Assembly (NCBI RefSeq): GCF_006345805.1
Contig: NC_042999.1
Coordinates: 46,810,001 to 46,874,000, forward strand
DNA: 64,000 bases
Reading direction: 5' to 3'
From: Octopus sinensis
Lineage: Eukaryota
Part shown: positions 51,852 through 64,000 of the stretch, in pieces
Layout of the letters: each line of letters opens with the position of its first letter
How positions within the stretch are numbered: position 1 is the first letter of the stretch
Notes under the pieces: generated by a model
Database searches by the model: none
Seen by the model: only the letters and a program-made list of their open reading frames with translations
Told to the model about the DNA's origin: nothing
Made by a program: the position numbers and the translations under genes

Positions 51852-52995
51852 TATTGAAGGTGCGTTCAAAAGATATCTGACTTTATTTTTCTCGCCAGCA
51901 GGGCGGTTCATTTCACGGCTGTTACGCCTACAGTACAATGGTGATCGTCCGCGATCGTTGCATTTCCGTTTTCACACGTAATGATATAACGCATGGAGCA
52001 GAGACATCGGATCAAGTTTTGTCAAAATCGTGGTGGTATTCAAGATCAAACCATTTCGAAAATTCAGCAGATCTTTGGCGATGATGCCATGGGCAAAACT
52101 CAGATCAAGGAATGTTACAAACACTGCAAGCATTAACCCACACCTCAATGGAGAGCTAGGCTCTCTCAAGCATGGAATTTAGAAGCCGAAACGAGGAGGC
52201 GATTGAAAAAGTTCGGCGAATAATCATGGATGAAAATTGTGTTGCAATCCAGGATATTGCTCACAAATTGGTAGCAAGCACAAGATCAGAGCGTTCCACT
52301 TTAACAGAGGATTTGTGCATGCAGAGAGTGTCGCCGAAATTTGTCAACAAGGTATTGGGGATGCAACAAAAGCAACTCCGCATGGAAATCACTCAAAGCC
52401 CGCTGGACTTTGCAAACCATGCCTCAGATGTCGTGAACACCATCATAACTGGTGTTGAGACTTATATTATGTGTTACCAACCGGAAACCAAGTCCTAGTC
52501 TTCACAATGGAAGCATACATCATCATCATGCCCCCCAAACGCATGCAGCTATGTCAAGGTAATATTGAACTGTTTCTTTGACTCCTGTGATCTTATGCAT
52601 CATGAATACGCACCACAAGGCCAAACCATCAATAAAGATAATATCTCTAGGTCATATGTCATTTTTGCGATTCTGTGCGTGGAAAGCGAATGGTGGACAC
52701 GTGAGCGGAAAAGAATTGGAAACTTCACCATGGCAATGCGCCCGCACATTCCGACCACATAACTCAAGGTTTCGGGTCAAGAACAACACACACCACCTGT
52801 TCACCAGGCCCCTTCCTCTCAGGACTCACCCAAACTGAAAACCGCGCTGGAATGGAAAGGAAGTCAAGAGGTGAAAATCGACGACAGTGCTCCATATCAT
52901 TCCAGAGAAGGCGCTGGGTGGGTGTTACTAAGTTTGGCAGAACAACTGGAGGTGATTAAGTAAGATATGTGAAATTTACATAATTATTTTTTATG
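51852..52995 (+). mobile_element. Defective mariner transposon
   Basis: MEQRHRIKFC (ATG 51993), FGDDAMGKTQIKE, MQRVSPKFVNKVL, IITGVETY...YQPETK and FFDSCDLMHHEYAPQGQTINK. The right TIR is not clearly preserved. Confidence 0.85.
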
Positions 52996-53067
52996 CCTCC
53001 ACACACACATATACACACATACATACATAGTAGTATATATATGTATATATGTATGTATGTATATATG

Positions 53068-53120
<53 letters not shown>

Positions 53121-53164
53121 TATATATATATTATATATATATACACATATATATATAGATACAT

Positions 53165-53224
<60 letters not shown>

Positions 53225-53336
53225 GCACATGATAATTGAGATTCAGATGAATTAGGTACTTAAATTGAGGTATTATCCGTATAATTTCAAAATAGGGTGA
53301 ATAAAATCAAAATAAGCAACATGATATCCAAGGGTG

Positions 53337-53424
53337 ATGTAGTACGACCGTTTCAAACGGATCCTTTCAATTGAACAATGCACTCATTTCATCAATTTAA
53401 ATGCAGAGCTATCCTCAGCTGCAT
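53337..53424 (-). ncRNA. Type-I hammerhead ribozyme motif, extended stem II
   Basis: Minus strand: ATGCAG-CTGAGGA-(57 nt)-GAAAC-GGTC-GTA-CTACAT. Intact CUGANGA/GAAA/GUA core; stem I 5/6 bp. Confidence 0.6.
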
Positions 53425-53584
53425 AAATAGAATTAATTTAATCAGTCGGACACATTTGTATAACTTTACTCAAATCCTCTAAGTGGGTAAGAAGACAGAC
53501 AAAGTCCAGAAGTTACTCTTAGAAGATTTAAGTAAAATTATACAAATGTGTTCGACTGTTTATATTAATTCTGTTTATTTATTT

Positions 53585-53672
53585 ATACAGCTGAGGATAG
53601 ATCTGCTTTTAAATTGGTGTAATTATTGCATTGTCCAATTAAATGGAGCAGCTTGAAAAGATAGTACTGCAT
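53585..53672 (+). ncRNA. Type-I hammerhead ribozyme motif, second (inverted) copy
   Basis: ATACAG-CTGAGGA-(57 nt)-GAAA-AGATA-GTA-CTGCAT. Stem I 5/6 bp; stem III degenerate. Confidence 0.5.
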
Positions 53673-54266
53673 CACCTTTTGATATATATATAGTTGCTTA
53701 TTTTGATATATATAGTTAAAGATGAACACAAATAGCAGCAGGGGAAATGCAGAGAAACCCTGTCAAGCTCAAAATTTCACCAGAAACAATTCCAATAAGA
53801 AAGACGAGAAGTGACTGTGAAATAGTTTTGTTGGTTTTAGCAATTGCCTCAGTCCTTGGATAAAACGAATAAAAGCAAAAGTCAAGTATAGGTATGCGAT
53901 ACTTTATTTCATTATTAATTATTTTCAGTCGATCGATACCTCTATAAAGAACTGTATGTCTATTAAATATACTGCTTTTATGCCTTACTGAAAAAGTGTA
54001 ACAGCTCGTTAAGTGAAAGATATATAGCTGTGAATTATTTGCTATCTTAAAAACTATATTTTCGTATGTTTTTTTGTTTGTTTCTGTCATACTATTCACC
54101 ATAGTTTTATCTATGTACTGTTTTAACTACTCCAGTTGTAGAAATAAAAGGACATCCATATATTTCAATCGTGAAAGTGCCATAAAATGTCATTTTGAGC
54201 AATATTATAATATTGTATTTAGTACATTATGGCATATATTTTATATCAATATCAATATCTCTGTTA

Positions 54267-55222
54267 AGGTGATGAGCTAGCAAACTCGTCAGCACGCTGA
54301 GCATAATGCTTAGCGGTGTTTATTCTGTCCTTACTTTTCGTCATTTCAGGTTCGATAAAATGAGTACCAGTTGAACACTGAGCCAATATTTGTTTCAGAT
54401 TTTGGCATGTGGGCAACAATGTCGAAGATGGGGACAGTCGAATACAAGGATCCCTGTGCTCAACTTGTACTTATATTATTGACCGAAATGCTGAAACGTA
54501 AAGTCAAACTTTGTAGAAATTTTCAGAACGTATTTAACCGAATATTGATATGTCTATCAAGGCGGCGATGAGGCAGAATCGTTAGTGCGCTGGGGAAAAA
54601 AGCTTAGCAATATTTCGTCCATTTTTACGAGTTCAAATTCCGTCGTAGTCAACTTTGATAAAATAATTTACCAGCTGAGCACCGAGGTCAGTGTAATCGA
54701 TTTACATCCTCCCCTGAAATTGCTGGCTGTGTGCGAAAATCTGAAATCTTTAAACTCAAACTTATACACTGTAAGTATCCAGAACGACTATCAGTTTTCA
54801 GCATATACTTGTTATACCTTGTACATCTCCACATCGATTGTGTTGTAGTTCCTTTATTTAATCTGAGACATCGTCAATATATAACAAGCTTCTACAAATC
54901 ACAAAAAATGTCATATAATTCTATATATATGTCGAAAATTTAGTCTAAATTGGATAGCTGATTTTCAGTCAGCTATGATCACTTTTAGACTAACATTATT
55001 AACTATATATTAATGTGAGGTGGCAGAATCATTAACACTCCGCGCAAAATGCTTACGGCATTTCGTCCTTCTTTACTTTCTGAGTTCAAACTCCTCCGAG
55101 GTCGACTTTGCCATTCATTCTTTCGGGGTCGATAAAATAAGTACCTGTATGAACACTGGGATCGATGTAATCGACTCATCCCCTCCCCCAAATTGCTGTC
55201 CTTGTGGGAAAATTTGAAACCA
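54267..55222. mobile_element. Cluster of SINE family B copies (+54267-54380, -54395-54530, +54559-54745, +55015-55222)
   Basis: Repeated GG(C/T)G..GAG...GCAGAATC.TTAG, GAGTTCAAA and GATGTAATCGAC motifs. Confidence 0.8.
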
Positions 55223-55254
55223 TTATTATTGATATATTAAAAGCTTTTTAAGTT

Positions 55255-55850
55255 TGGTGAGCAGGCAGAATCATTAGCACGCCGGGCAAAATTCTTAGCA
55301 GCATTTCGTCGGAGTGGCTGTGCGGTAAGTAGCTTGCTTGCCAACCACATGGTTCCGGGTTCAGTCCCACTGCGTGGCACCTTCGGCAAGGGTCTTCTAC
55401 TATAGCCTCGGGCCGACCAAAGCCTTTTGAGTGGATTTGGTAGACGGAAACTGAAAGAAGCCCGTCGTATATATGTATGTGTGTGTATATTTTTCTGTGT
55501 CTGTGTTTGTCCCCCCAGCATTGCTTGACAACCGATGCTGGTGTGTTTACGTCCCTGTAACTTAGCGGTTCGGCAAAAGAGACCGATAAAATAAGTACTA
55601 GGCTTACAAAGAATAAGTCCTAGGGTAGGCTTTGCTCGACTAAAGGCGGTGCTCCAGCAAGGCCACAGTCAAATAAATGAAACAAGTAAAAGAGGTCTTT
55701 ACGGTTTGGGTTTAAATTCTTCTGAGGTAAACTTTGCCTTTCATCCTTTCGGGTCGATAATAAAAGTACCAGTTGTGTACAGGGGTCGATGTAATCGACT
55801 TACCGAACTCCCTCAAAATTGCTCACCTAGTGCTAAAATTTGAAACCAAT
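55255..55850 (+). mobile_element. SINE B (55255-55310, 55695-55850) interrupted by SINE A (55311-55694)
   Basis: The B sequence breaks at GCATTTCGTC and resumes at GTCTTTACG around a near-complete A copy. Confidence 0.88.
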
Positions 55851-56700
55851 ATATAACAAGCCTTGAGTTAGTGGAATTGTTAGTTTATCATTCAAAATAC
55901 CTCAAATTTGGAAGTTATCATTACATTTATTATACATTAGACAACAGATATTTTTCAAATGCACTTTCATATATGTTGATCTCGCCGTTAATCCTGTAGC
56001 ATATATAATTAATAAATACACAAAGGTAATTTTTTTGTCATAACCGGGTACATTCTGTTGTCAGGAGACTGAAACTCGCCTAAACATTTTCAGTGTTACC
56101 AAAACAATTATGTTCAATTCACTAAACGTTATCAAAATGATAACATACCGAAAATTTTATATGAAAATAAAAATACCTATTATAAAATAAATAATTTTAA
56201 TATTAAATTATTATGTCGCAAAAATTCTTCTAATTTCATTATTTTTCTGCCGTCTATGCTGATATCAATAGACCTGTGAGTAGACAACGTACTGGACAAT
56301 ACACATACATAATATTTCAGTAATATGTATTTGGTTAGCTAATGTAGTTATAATTCAGTACAACAGTATTTCAATGAGAAATTTACTTTCATTAGATCTT
56401 TTATGAGTATTTACTATTGATTATCTTGTTACATAAAACGCTTGGATGTCGCCAGTTGCATACATTTTGCTCCCTTCGTGTTATTTTTCGGCTAACACAT
56501 TAATTATAATAGACACAAAATTTTGCCTTTCTTTTAATATGCATTGGTGTAGTATTTTGCAAAGTGTAGGGTAGCGGTCTGGTAACCTATGCGCGGCCTC
56601 GTAACCTTCATGATTAATAGCATACATACATACACGCAAACACACGCACACACGCACACACACAGACACACACACACACACACATACACACACACACACA

Positions 56701-56742
<42 letters not shown>

Positions 56743-56814
56743 GGATATGGATATGAATTTACTTGATATATGCATATGTATGTCCTGCGGTGGATTTATT
56801 TGACCAAAAACTTC

Positions 56815-57287
56815 TACCTGTCTGATAAGGGTACACCAAGCACATGCTTCACAACCATGTATGCGCGAAATGGCGATCTCATATCAAGAGAAACAACACA
56901 TGACCTTGCAGGTGGGACTCAGAATTTTCTTCAGGTGGAGAAACCCTACCCGCTCAACAGGTCCCTGAATAAGGTTTATTTAAGGATTATGAACGAACCA
57001 CTCATGTTTCCAAGGGTGAATTATCCAAATCCCAAAGAATTCCTCTCAACACATGGCTATGATGCTCCCCGAATACTTCTGCTCGTGATCAGAGATATAT
57101 ATACCATCAGTCACTAAGGGACATGCTCACCTGGTTTAGGTCAAGCAACTGAGAAGCAAATCTGTGGTATTGAGCAGAATATTTGCTGTAGTCCATCTTT
57201 TATACCAAGACAAAACAATGTACATGACAACAGTTCCAATCATTTAAGATCAGAAGCCATGAGAGATACTGCCTGGTACTGCATCAG
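56815..57287 (-). mobile_element. Non-coding (AAT)n-associated interspersed element, copy 3
   Basis: Matches 10218-10661 and the reverse complement of 7140-7497. Confidence 0.8.
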
Positions 57288-57289
57288 CT

Positions 57290-57905
57290 GAACTATGGGT
57301 TTATGTCGAACAGCTACTGTCGCGTATAGGACGGATCCGGCTATCAGCTGAATCCATAGTGAGGATTGCTCCGCCGACCTTCTTTAACAAAGAGGGAAAG
57401 GCCGTTTTCCTGTGTCTAGTGGCTGTAGCGAAAGAGGTGGTATAGTGGACCCGTTTGAAAGGGCTAAGGTTAGACACTTTCCTCTTTGGCCAAGGCCTCA
57501 TCAACTTTTTCAAGTTTCACTTGAAAAGGAAGGTGAGAGTAGAGAGGGAAGGGCTGTCTGATAGCAAGTTTACTGAAAGGTGGGTAAATGTCGCCAGAAT
57601 GGCCAGTATAAATGGACCAATTCTGAGGATACACCTGTAGTATAAAAAGGTATTATAAAAGGAGAAAGGGGCTCTCTACCACCCTTTTGATCAGGCTCCC
57701 GTGGCTTTTAGGGGCTTTTCCACGAGTAACCTTTCGAAGCGCTTCCCCCTATTGGGAATTTCAATTGTTATATTTTCGCTGTTATCTCTGGAATTTTTAC
57801 ACGTTTCTTTTTTGCAAACGGACAAAACCCTTTGTAACTTTCGTCCTGTGTTTTGTCCCTTTATGTTTTAAATTTTGTTGGCCCTTGTGGCCAATAAACG
57901 AATTA
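57290..57905 (+). mobile_element. 3' end of a Tx1/L1-clade LINE
   Basis: Frame ...FLCLVAVAKEVV*WTRLKG...FHLKRKVRVERE...FTERW...* resembles the Tx1 ORF2 C-terminus. T-rich 3' UTR, AATAAA at 57893, then (TTA/TTG)n. Confidence 0.7.
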
Positions 57906-58037
57906 ATTGTTGTTATTGTTATTGTTATTATTATTATTATTGTTGTTATTGTTATTGTTATTATTATTATTATTGTTGTTATTGTTATTGTTATTATTAT
58001 TACTGTTGTTATTGTTATTGTTATTATTATTATTATC

Positions 58038-61000
58038 ATTTTTTTTTTCTTCTTTCAAATTTTCTTCCATTTCTTGCCGAGTGTCTTCCCGACTCCTAGG
58101 GCAAAGAAACTCATAGTGTATATTGGTAGGCCATTAAACCAAACTCAGAAGTTCGTTCATTTTTTTTTTTTTTTTTTTTAAAGTTAGATTAAAATACATG
58201 AGCAGCAACAGTTCTCACATCGACAACGCTATTCTCAATACGTGTGATGTACCAGTTAAGACAATCTTTTGCACTTCTTGCAGGGATGGTAAGCCAGGGA
58301 TCATTCTCATATAATTTTCGGTTCCCTTCTTGATCATTCCTAGTGCTCCTACGATCACTGGTATTGTAACCGCCTTGAGATGCCACATTTTCTCAATTTC
58401 AATGAGTAGGTCTTTATATTTTCTGAGCTTGTCAAACTCTTTCGCTGAGATATTATGATCACAGGGGATGCTCATGTCGATCAATAAGCAAACTTTATTG
58501 TTTTGGTCTTTCACAACAATATCTGGTTTATTGGCCTTGATGGTTCGGTCTGTATGTACTGGAAAGTCCCACAGAATGGTTACATTTTCTCCTTCAGTTA
58601 CAGCCTCAGGGTGGTGATTATACCACTTGTAGGCAGTTTTGATATTGTAATGCCGACTTATTAGCCAGTGGAGATATTGGCCAACTCTGTCATGTCTTAA
58701 TTTATACTCCACTGGTGCTAAGACTTTACATCCAGAGATTAGGTGGTCCACTGTTTCAATCATGTCGTTTCAGAATCGGCATTTTGGGTCTGCTCCATTT
58801 TTCATCACATTGGCCTGGTAGTTCCGGGTTAATAGGCTTTGGTCTTGAGCAGCCAGGATGAAACCTTCGCTCTCTGCTTTTAGCCCTGAGCTCCGCAGCC
58901 ACTGATGGGTTTGCTTCTGGTCAACATCAGCTTGTTTGCTGCGGGTCACATATTTGCCGTGCAGAGGTTTCTCCTCCCACCTATCAGCCAATTGCTCGTG
59001 CGCTTTTTTCATTGCCATCATTTTCACCTTCTTTGCAACAATAGTTGCCGTACTTCCCTCGGGTTGTTCAGTTTGGGTATCCTGCACGAGATCAATAGCA
59101 AATTTTTTGCTTTCCTTGATGATAGAATGAAGCTTCTTTCGTCTCTCGTGATTTGCCACGAGCTTTAGCATCCAGTCATTCGATATTTCGAGATATTTGG
59201 CCAGTCCAATTGTGGTCGTTTTGTAAGCTAGTTCAAATTGGATCAGAACTCGACCTCCTTGGGCTCTGGGAAGGTAAAGGCGATCTACGTCTGCCTTTGG
59301 GTGGTGCATCCTATTACAACTCAGCAGCTTGCGTATTTTTCTATCTATATTCTTTACTTCACTCATATTCCAGTTCAACACATTGTAGCTATAAGTAACA
59401 ACTGGAACTGCTAAGGAATTTATGGCTAACACCTTGTTACGTGCATTTAGTTCAGATTTCAGGACTGCACGAACTCTCCTATAACATTCCTTCTGATTTT
59501 CTCTTTCATGCTTGCATGCTGAATACCAGAGCCTTCATTTATCCCTAAAAATGTGTATGTCTGTTCTTGCTCAAGCTCTCTTATGACTGTGTCAACATCT
59601 AACACGACTGAATTTGTGGTCTTCACTTTCCCTTTCTGGAAAGTGGCCTTGGCACACTTCTCAAGTCCAAACTCCATCCCGATGTCATCGCTGAATGCTT
59701 TCACGGTGCGCAATAGGCCTTCAAGTTCATTATTGTCTTTACCATAAAGTTTTAAGTCATCCATATAAAATAGATGGCTTATTTTTTTATCGGCAATATT
59801 ATACCCATACCCTGTTCTGTTTAATTCACTTGTAAGGGGTATTAGGGCTATGCAGAATATTAAAGGTGAAAGTGAGTCACCTTGAAAAATTCCACAGTTG
59901 ATGTTTATATTTTCTGAGGCAAGTACTCCATTAGAGTGGTATAATTGGTGATTCGTATTCCACAACGACATATTGTGCTTCAGGAAGTTTGAAATCACAG
60001 GGGAAATTTTGAAGATGTCCAGCGATCTCAAGATCCATGGATGCGGTATACTGTCGAAGGCCTTTTTATAGTCAATCCATGCGGTGCTGAGATTTCTGCG
60101 CTTGTTGTGACAGTTCTCAAGGATCATACGATTGATTAGCAGTTGATCTTTGCATCCGTAAGAGCCTCGGCGGCACCCTTTTTGTTCAATGGGGAATATA
60201 TCGTTCTTGTCCATGAATGCATATGTTTTCTCCGCCAGGATAGATGTTAGGATTTTATACGTGGTGGATAGACAGGTTATAGGCCGATAGTTTTTTGGAA
60301 GGTTGGTTTCGTTATTCTTTGGGAGTAGGTAAGTAATGCCACTTGCTAACCATTCAGGTGTTTTCTTTGGGTCTCTCAAAATTCCATTGAGCAGCTGAAC
60401 TAGCTTACCGTGTGCGCACGGGAGCGATGCGAGCCAGAAATTCGGCACCCTATCTTTACCGGGGGATTTCCAATTATGGGCCTTCGTGAGTGCCTTTCTT
60501 AGGTCTGCTATTGTGATGTCTTCCCATGCTTGTTGTTGTAAATTTTGGTAGGATCCTTCAGTTTGTATAATCCAGTCTGCATTTATGTTGTACGTCTTCT
60601 TGTCACTCCAAATCCTTTCCCAAAAGTTTTGAACTTCTTCCATGGGAGGGGGGTCTTTAACGGTTACTTTCTCCTTCCCTATTTCTCTGTAGAATTTTTT
60701 GGCATTGGATGTGAACAGCTTATTTTGCTTGTAAAACTTGTTTTCTTCTCAAATCTTCGTATTCTTTGGGCTTTTGCTTGGACTTTTTGTTTCAGCGTTT
60801 CTTTTATTGATATCAGTTCTTCTCTTGGTGAGGATCCAAATTTTCTCTTCATCTTTCTTCCTGTTCTGGATCTTACATCATTTCCACATATTAGTTCATT
60901 TAATATTGATATTTCCCCTCTCATAAATTCAATCTCTTTTTCAATTTTACTTCTCCAGGTTTGATTTCTTCCCAGGTTTTGTTTTCTCTGTTTTTTCGGG

Positions 61001-62011
61001 GGCATACAGCTGGTTTCAATTGCCCTAGCAGAAGCGTAAATAATTTCATTTAACTCAGTAAAATCAGGTTTTAATTCTCGTATTATTTCATTTGTTACAT
61101 AGTTGCCAATTTGGATTTGTTTTTTATTTTGGTTTGTATTTGAGAGTTTATGAAGCGGTTCTCTATCATTCATACTTGTATGTCTTACAACTTCAAGCGT
61201 ATTCGGGATTTTCTGCCTCATTTCTGCCATAGACTGTCTGTGTTCTTCAGCAAATGCGAGATCTTCAGTTACTGTTGTTTTTTCGTTTTCCTGGCTATCT
61301 TTAACAGGTACAATAGAATTTCTTGTATCTTCAGGCCTTTGCGTACTTTGGTCAGATGGCAGTCTTTCAATTAAGCCTCGTGGCGGGCTATACTGTTCAT
61401 CTGATTCTTCATTTCCTTTGTGTCTTATATTTATGTCATTTTCCGTTGCGTGCTTGATCGCACTTATTTCACTGTCTGTGAGTCTGTTATTTCTAAAGAT
61501 ATCCCTCCTCACATTTGCTAATTTGTTCTCGTCCAAATAGGGCCTACTGTCTTGATTCCGTGTTCTCCATATACTGTAAGAGTTTGCGGTGTGTCTCTCT
61601 TGAGATGGCCTACCTAATGCATAGTAATAAGCGTATATTACTTCTTTATACTCTTCTCGGGTCCATTTGTTCCGCTTACATTTTTCTTTCTGTGGTGGTT
61701 GTGGTGGTGAACTTGGAGGGCTCGAGTTGGGGGATTTCCCGTTCAAGTGACCATCCATGTCCGTATTCGGAGAAGAGTTTGTGCCAGTTGATGACTTTTC
61801 GATCCCAGGCTGGCTCTTCCCTGGGGGACGCGCTTCCAGATTAACCATAGGACAAGCAATTTGGTATACTGATTTAGTTTTCCTTTTAGTTTCCAAAAAC
61901 ATTTTGGTGCTACGATAATGTTATCATTTTTTAGCTTTGATTGGCTCGTGGGGAGACGGCCATCATTGCCGTTACAATTATAATCGTACCATTATAGCAG
62001 CCGTAGTCGGC
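58038..62011 (-). mobile_element. Near full-length R4/Dong-type non-LTR retrotransposon in (AAT)n
   Basis: (TTA)n on both flanks (57906-58036, 62012-62247); single long ORF region. Confidence 0.93.
58215..61848 (-). pseudogene. Dong ORF (N-terminal KWT domain, RT, CCHC, RLE) broken by two frameshifts and one stop
   Basis: KRNKWTREE, KSPGKD, NYRPITCL, WIDYKKAFDS, GIFQGDSLSP, YMDDLKL, CRF*...H...C, RHD and NKPDIVV..LIDMSIP across ORFs 60679-61902, 59459-60643, 58770-59432 and 58215-58763. Confidence 0.93.
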
Positions 62012-62099
62012 TTATTATTGTTATTATCTTCACCATTACCATCACTATCATCATTATCACCACCATTACCATCATCATTATCATCATCACCATCATCAC

Positions 62100-62148
<49 letters not shown>

Positions 62149-62185
62149 GTTATTGTTATTATTATTATTATTATTATTATTGTTA

Positions 62186-62247
<62 letters not shown>

Positions 62248-62249
<2 letters not shown>

Positions 62250-62456
62250 GGCGGTGAGCTGGCAGAATAGTTAGCACGCGGGTGAAATATTTAGCGGTAT
62301 TTCGTCTGCTGCTACGTTCTGAGATCAAATCCCATGAGGTCAACTTTTCCTTTTATCCTCTCTAGGTCAATAAATTAAGTAATAGTTGAGTACTGGGATC
62401 GATGTAATCGACTTACCCTCCCCCAAATGTCAGGTCTTGTGCCTATAGTTGAAAGG
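62248..62456 (+). mobile_element. SINE family B
   Basis: AAGGCGGTGAGCTGGCAGAATAGTTAGCACGC...GATGTAATCGACTTACCCTCCCCC...TTGTGCCTATAG, then (TTA)n. Confidence 0.88.
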
Positions 62457-62515
62457 CTTATTATAATTATCATTATTATTATTATTATTGTTATTACATA
62501 TTTAATAGATAGCTG

Positions 62516-62945
62516 GGATCTTTTCGGTTTGAACAACAGTTTTTTCTAGCGGTGTCATATTACATTGTCACCCATAATTATGACCCTGGTATCGATCTAT
62601 TGCATTTCAATCTGTTTTAGGGTTAGGATTAGTTAGGGTTAGGGTTAGGGGTGGGGGAAGGGTATTTTTTTTCCTTCACAAATGTAAATAAACCCAATCT
62701 GTTTCTTAAACGAGGGACATATTCACACCGCACAGAATGTTATTTAACAAAATGGACGTCATCGAATTGTTGAAATTGCAGAAATCGGAGAAAAAACAAC
62801 AAATATCTTACAAACTATATAATTTTCTCAATAAAGCCAAGAGAAAAAGATGTTTTATAAACACATTCTACCTGAATACGAAGCTTAAATTGTTTTAGTT
62901 ACCCAGAAATTGTGTTAAAACTGCCGTTCAAACCGAAAAATATCC
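62516..62945. mobile_element. MITE with ~29-bp TIRs and internal TTAGGG repeats (Merlin-like)
   Basis: GGATCTTTTCGGTTTGAACAACAGTTTT / AAAACTGCCGTTCAAACCGAAAAATATCC; putative 8-bp TSD GATAGCTG/AATAGTTG. Confidence 0.75.
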
Positions 62946-64000
62946 AATAGTTGTATAAAACCATAGGACAGCATTGGTTCACATCAGTTTACGTTGAAAT
63001 CTTTCCAGCATCGGTTGCATATATTTTAAACTCTGAAGGAAAAATAATGTAGTATATTATTTCTTTCATATTAGTGTAATCTTAGGATTTAGCATTCCTG
63101 TTCAGTGAAATGCAATTTCAACACCGCAGGAATCGCTAATTGAGTTATTACTGCTGCAACATATGTCCGTTATCCAGTGAGCTAAACCTACAATACACAG
63201 TTCTCAAGAATCAAATCTACAACGCATGTTATAAAGTGAGACGTTAAACTCAGGATTTCCCATTTGCCACACTTTTAAATGGATGCTTATATGAAATATC
63301 TCATTTTCTCCCTTTTATTAATTTATGTATTTAAACGAGTATTGGCTGGGTCTATGAATAAGTAATGTCATATATTAAACCTGACATTATTTAGTTATTC
63401 CAGAAGAAAAATTTATTGAAATTGTCTAATGTAATTTACACGCATTAGTTGCGTTAAATACTAACATATTTGAATCATTTTGTAATAAAAGACAGATTTC
63501 ACTTTCCTTTAAGTTTCTTCCTTGTAAATTTTGGCAAACATTCTATAATTAGAAGATGTTCGAATTTGTTATGACTTTCTCGGAGACAGTTTGCCAAATG
63601 AATTCAGTAAATTTGTTAACCGTAGAAAGTCCAACCAAACATTCTTTTTATTATATTTTAACTTTCCGTTTGAAGCAACACTCTAAACTATTCCACCCAC
63701 TTGATACGATAGAACTAATCATTAAACTTTTCTTACTTTGCCAAGCAATTAAAGTGAAAATGTTTTCGCTGTAATAAACAAATTCCATTAATTTGTTAGA
63801 GAAAGTGCGTAGTAAGCTGAAATCAATTGGCGATATCCTACCACGGTCTTACGGCCTTATACACTACATGTCTCCTATTCTGTTTTTGCTTCTTCCCACC
63901 TCCCCGAGGAATAACTAGAATATGTCATTCATGCAGATATGTGTATTGTGTCTTGAATTAATTATTAGGATATTATCAACAATTTCTTATCTGTTTCATC

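Larger units (their letters stand above)
53306..53707. mobile_element. ~190-bp-arm fold-back Penelope-like pLTR element
   Basis: 53306-53490 is the diverged reverse complement of 53513-53707, close to a long (TA)n tract. Confidence 0.8.

Noticed and set aside
61921-62011. HDV-like ribozyme at the 5' end of the full-length Dong
   Set aside because: A CGT-CTCCCC-ACG P3/L3-like piece and GCTAA are present on the minus strand, but I cannot build a convincing P1 or P2.

Overview
AT-rich, microsatellite-dense eukaryotic DNA made almost entirely of repeats. The SINE and LINE repertoire looks like an octopus or other cephalopod genome; this is inferred from sequence recognition, not from a search. 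I can support no host protein-coding gene. The only substantial coding capacity is transposon-derived: four R4/Dong-type RLE non-LTR retrotransposon copies in trinucleotide microsatellites (one near full-length at 58.0-62.0 kb, one 5'-truncated with an open 547-aa ORF at 5.3-7.1 kb), two Tx1/L1-type fragments, three decayed mariners and a Tc1 remnant. Also present are several MITEs and many tRNA-headed SINEs of three families. Most short ORFs in the supplied track are microsatellite translations. The most unusual signal is a set of long fold-back (inverted-repeat) elements embedded in (TA)n tracts that look like Penelope-like pseudo-LTRs. One (53.3-53.7 kb) carries a type-I hammerhead ribozyme motif on each arm, and weaker motifs lie at 44.95, 29.2 and 23.3 kb. 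Other notable points are a covarying 3'-UTR hairpin shared by divergent Dong families, an ORF-less (AAT)n-associated element, and a SINE head joined to three different tails.
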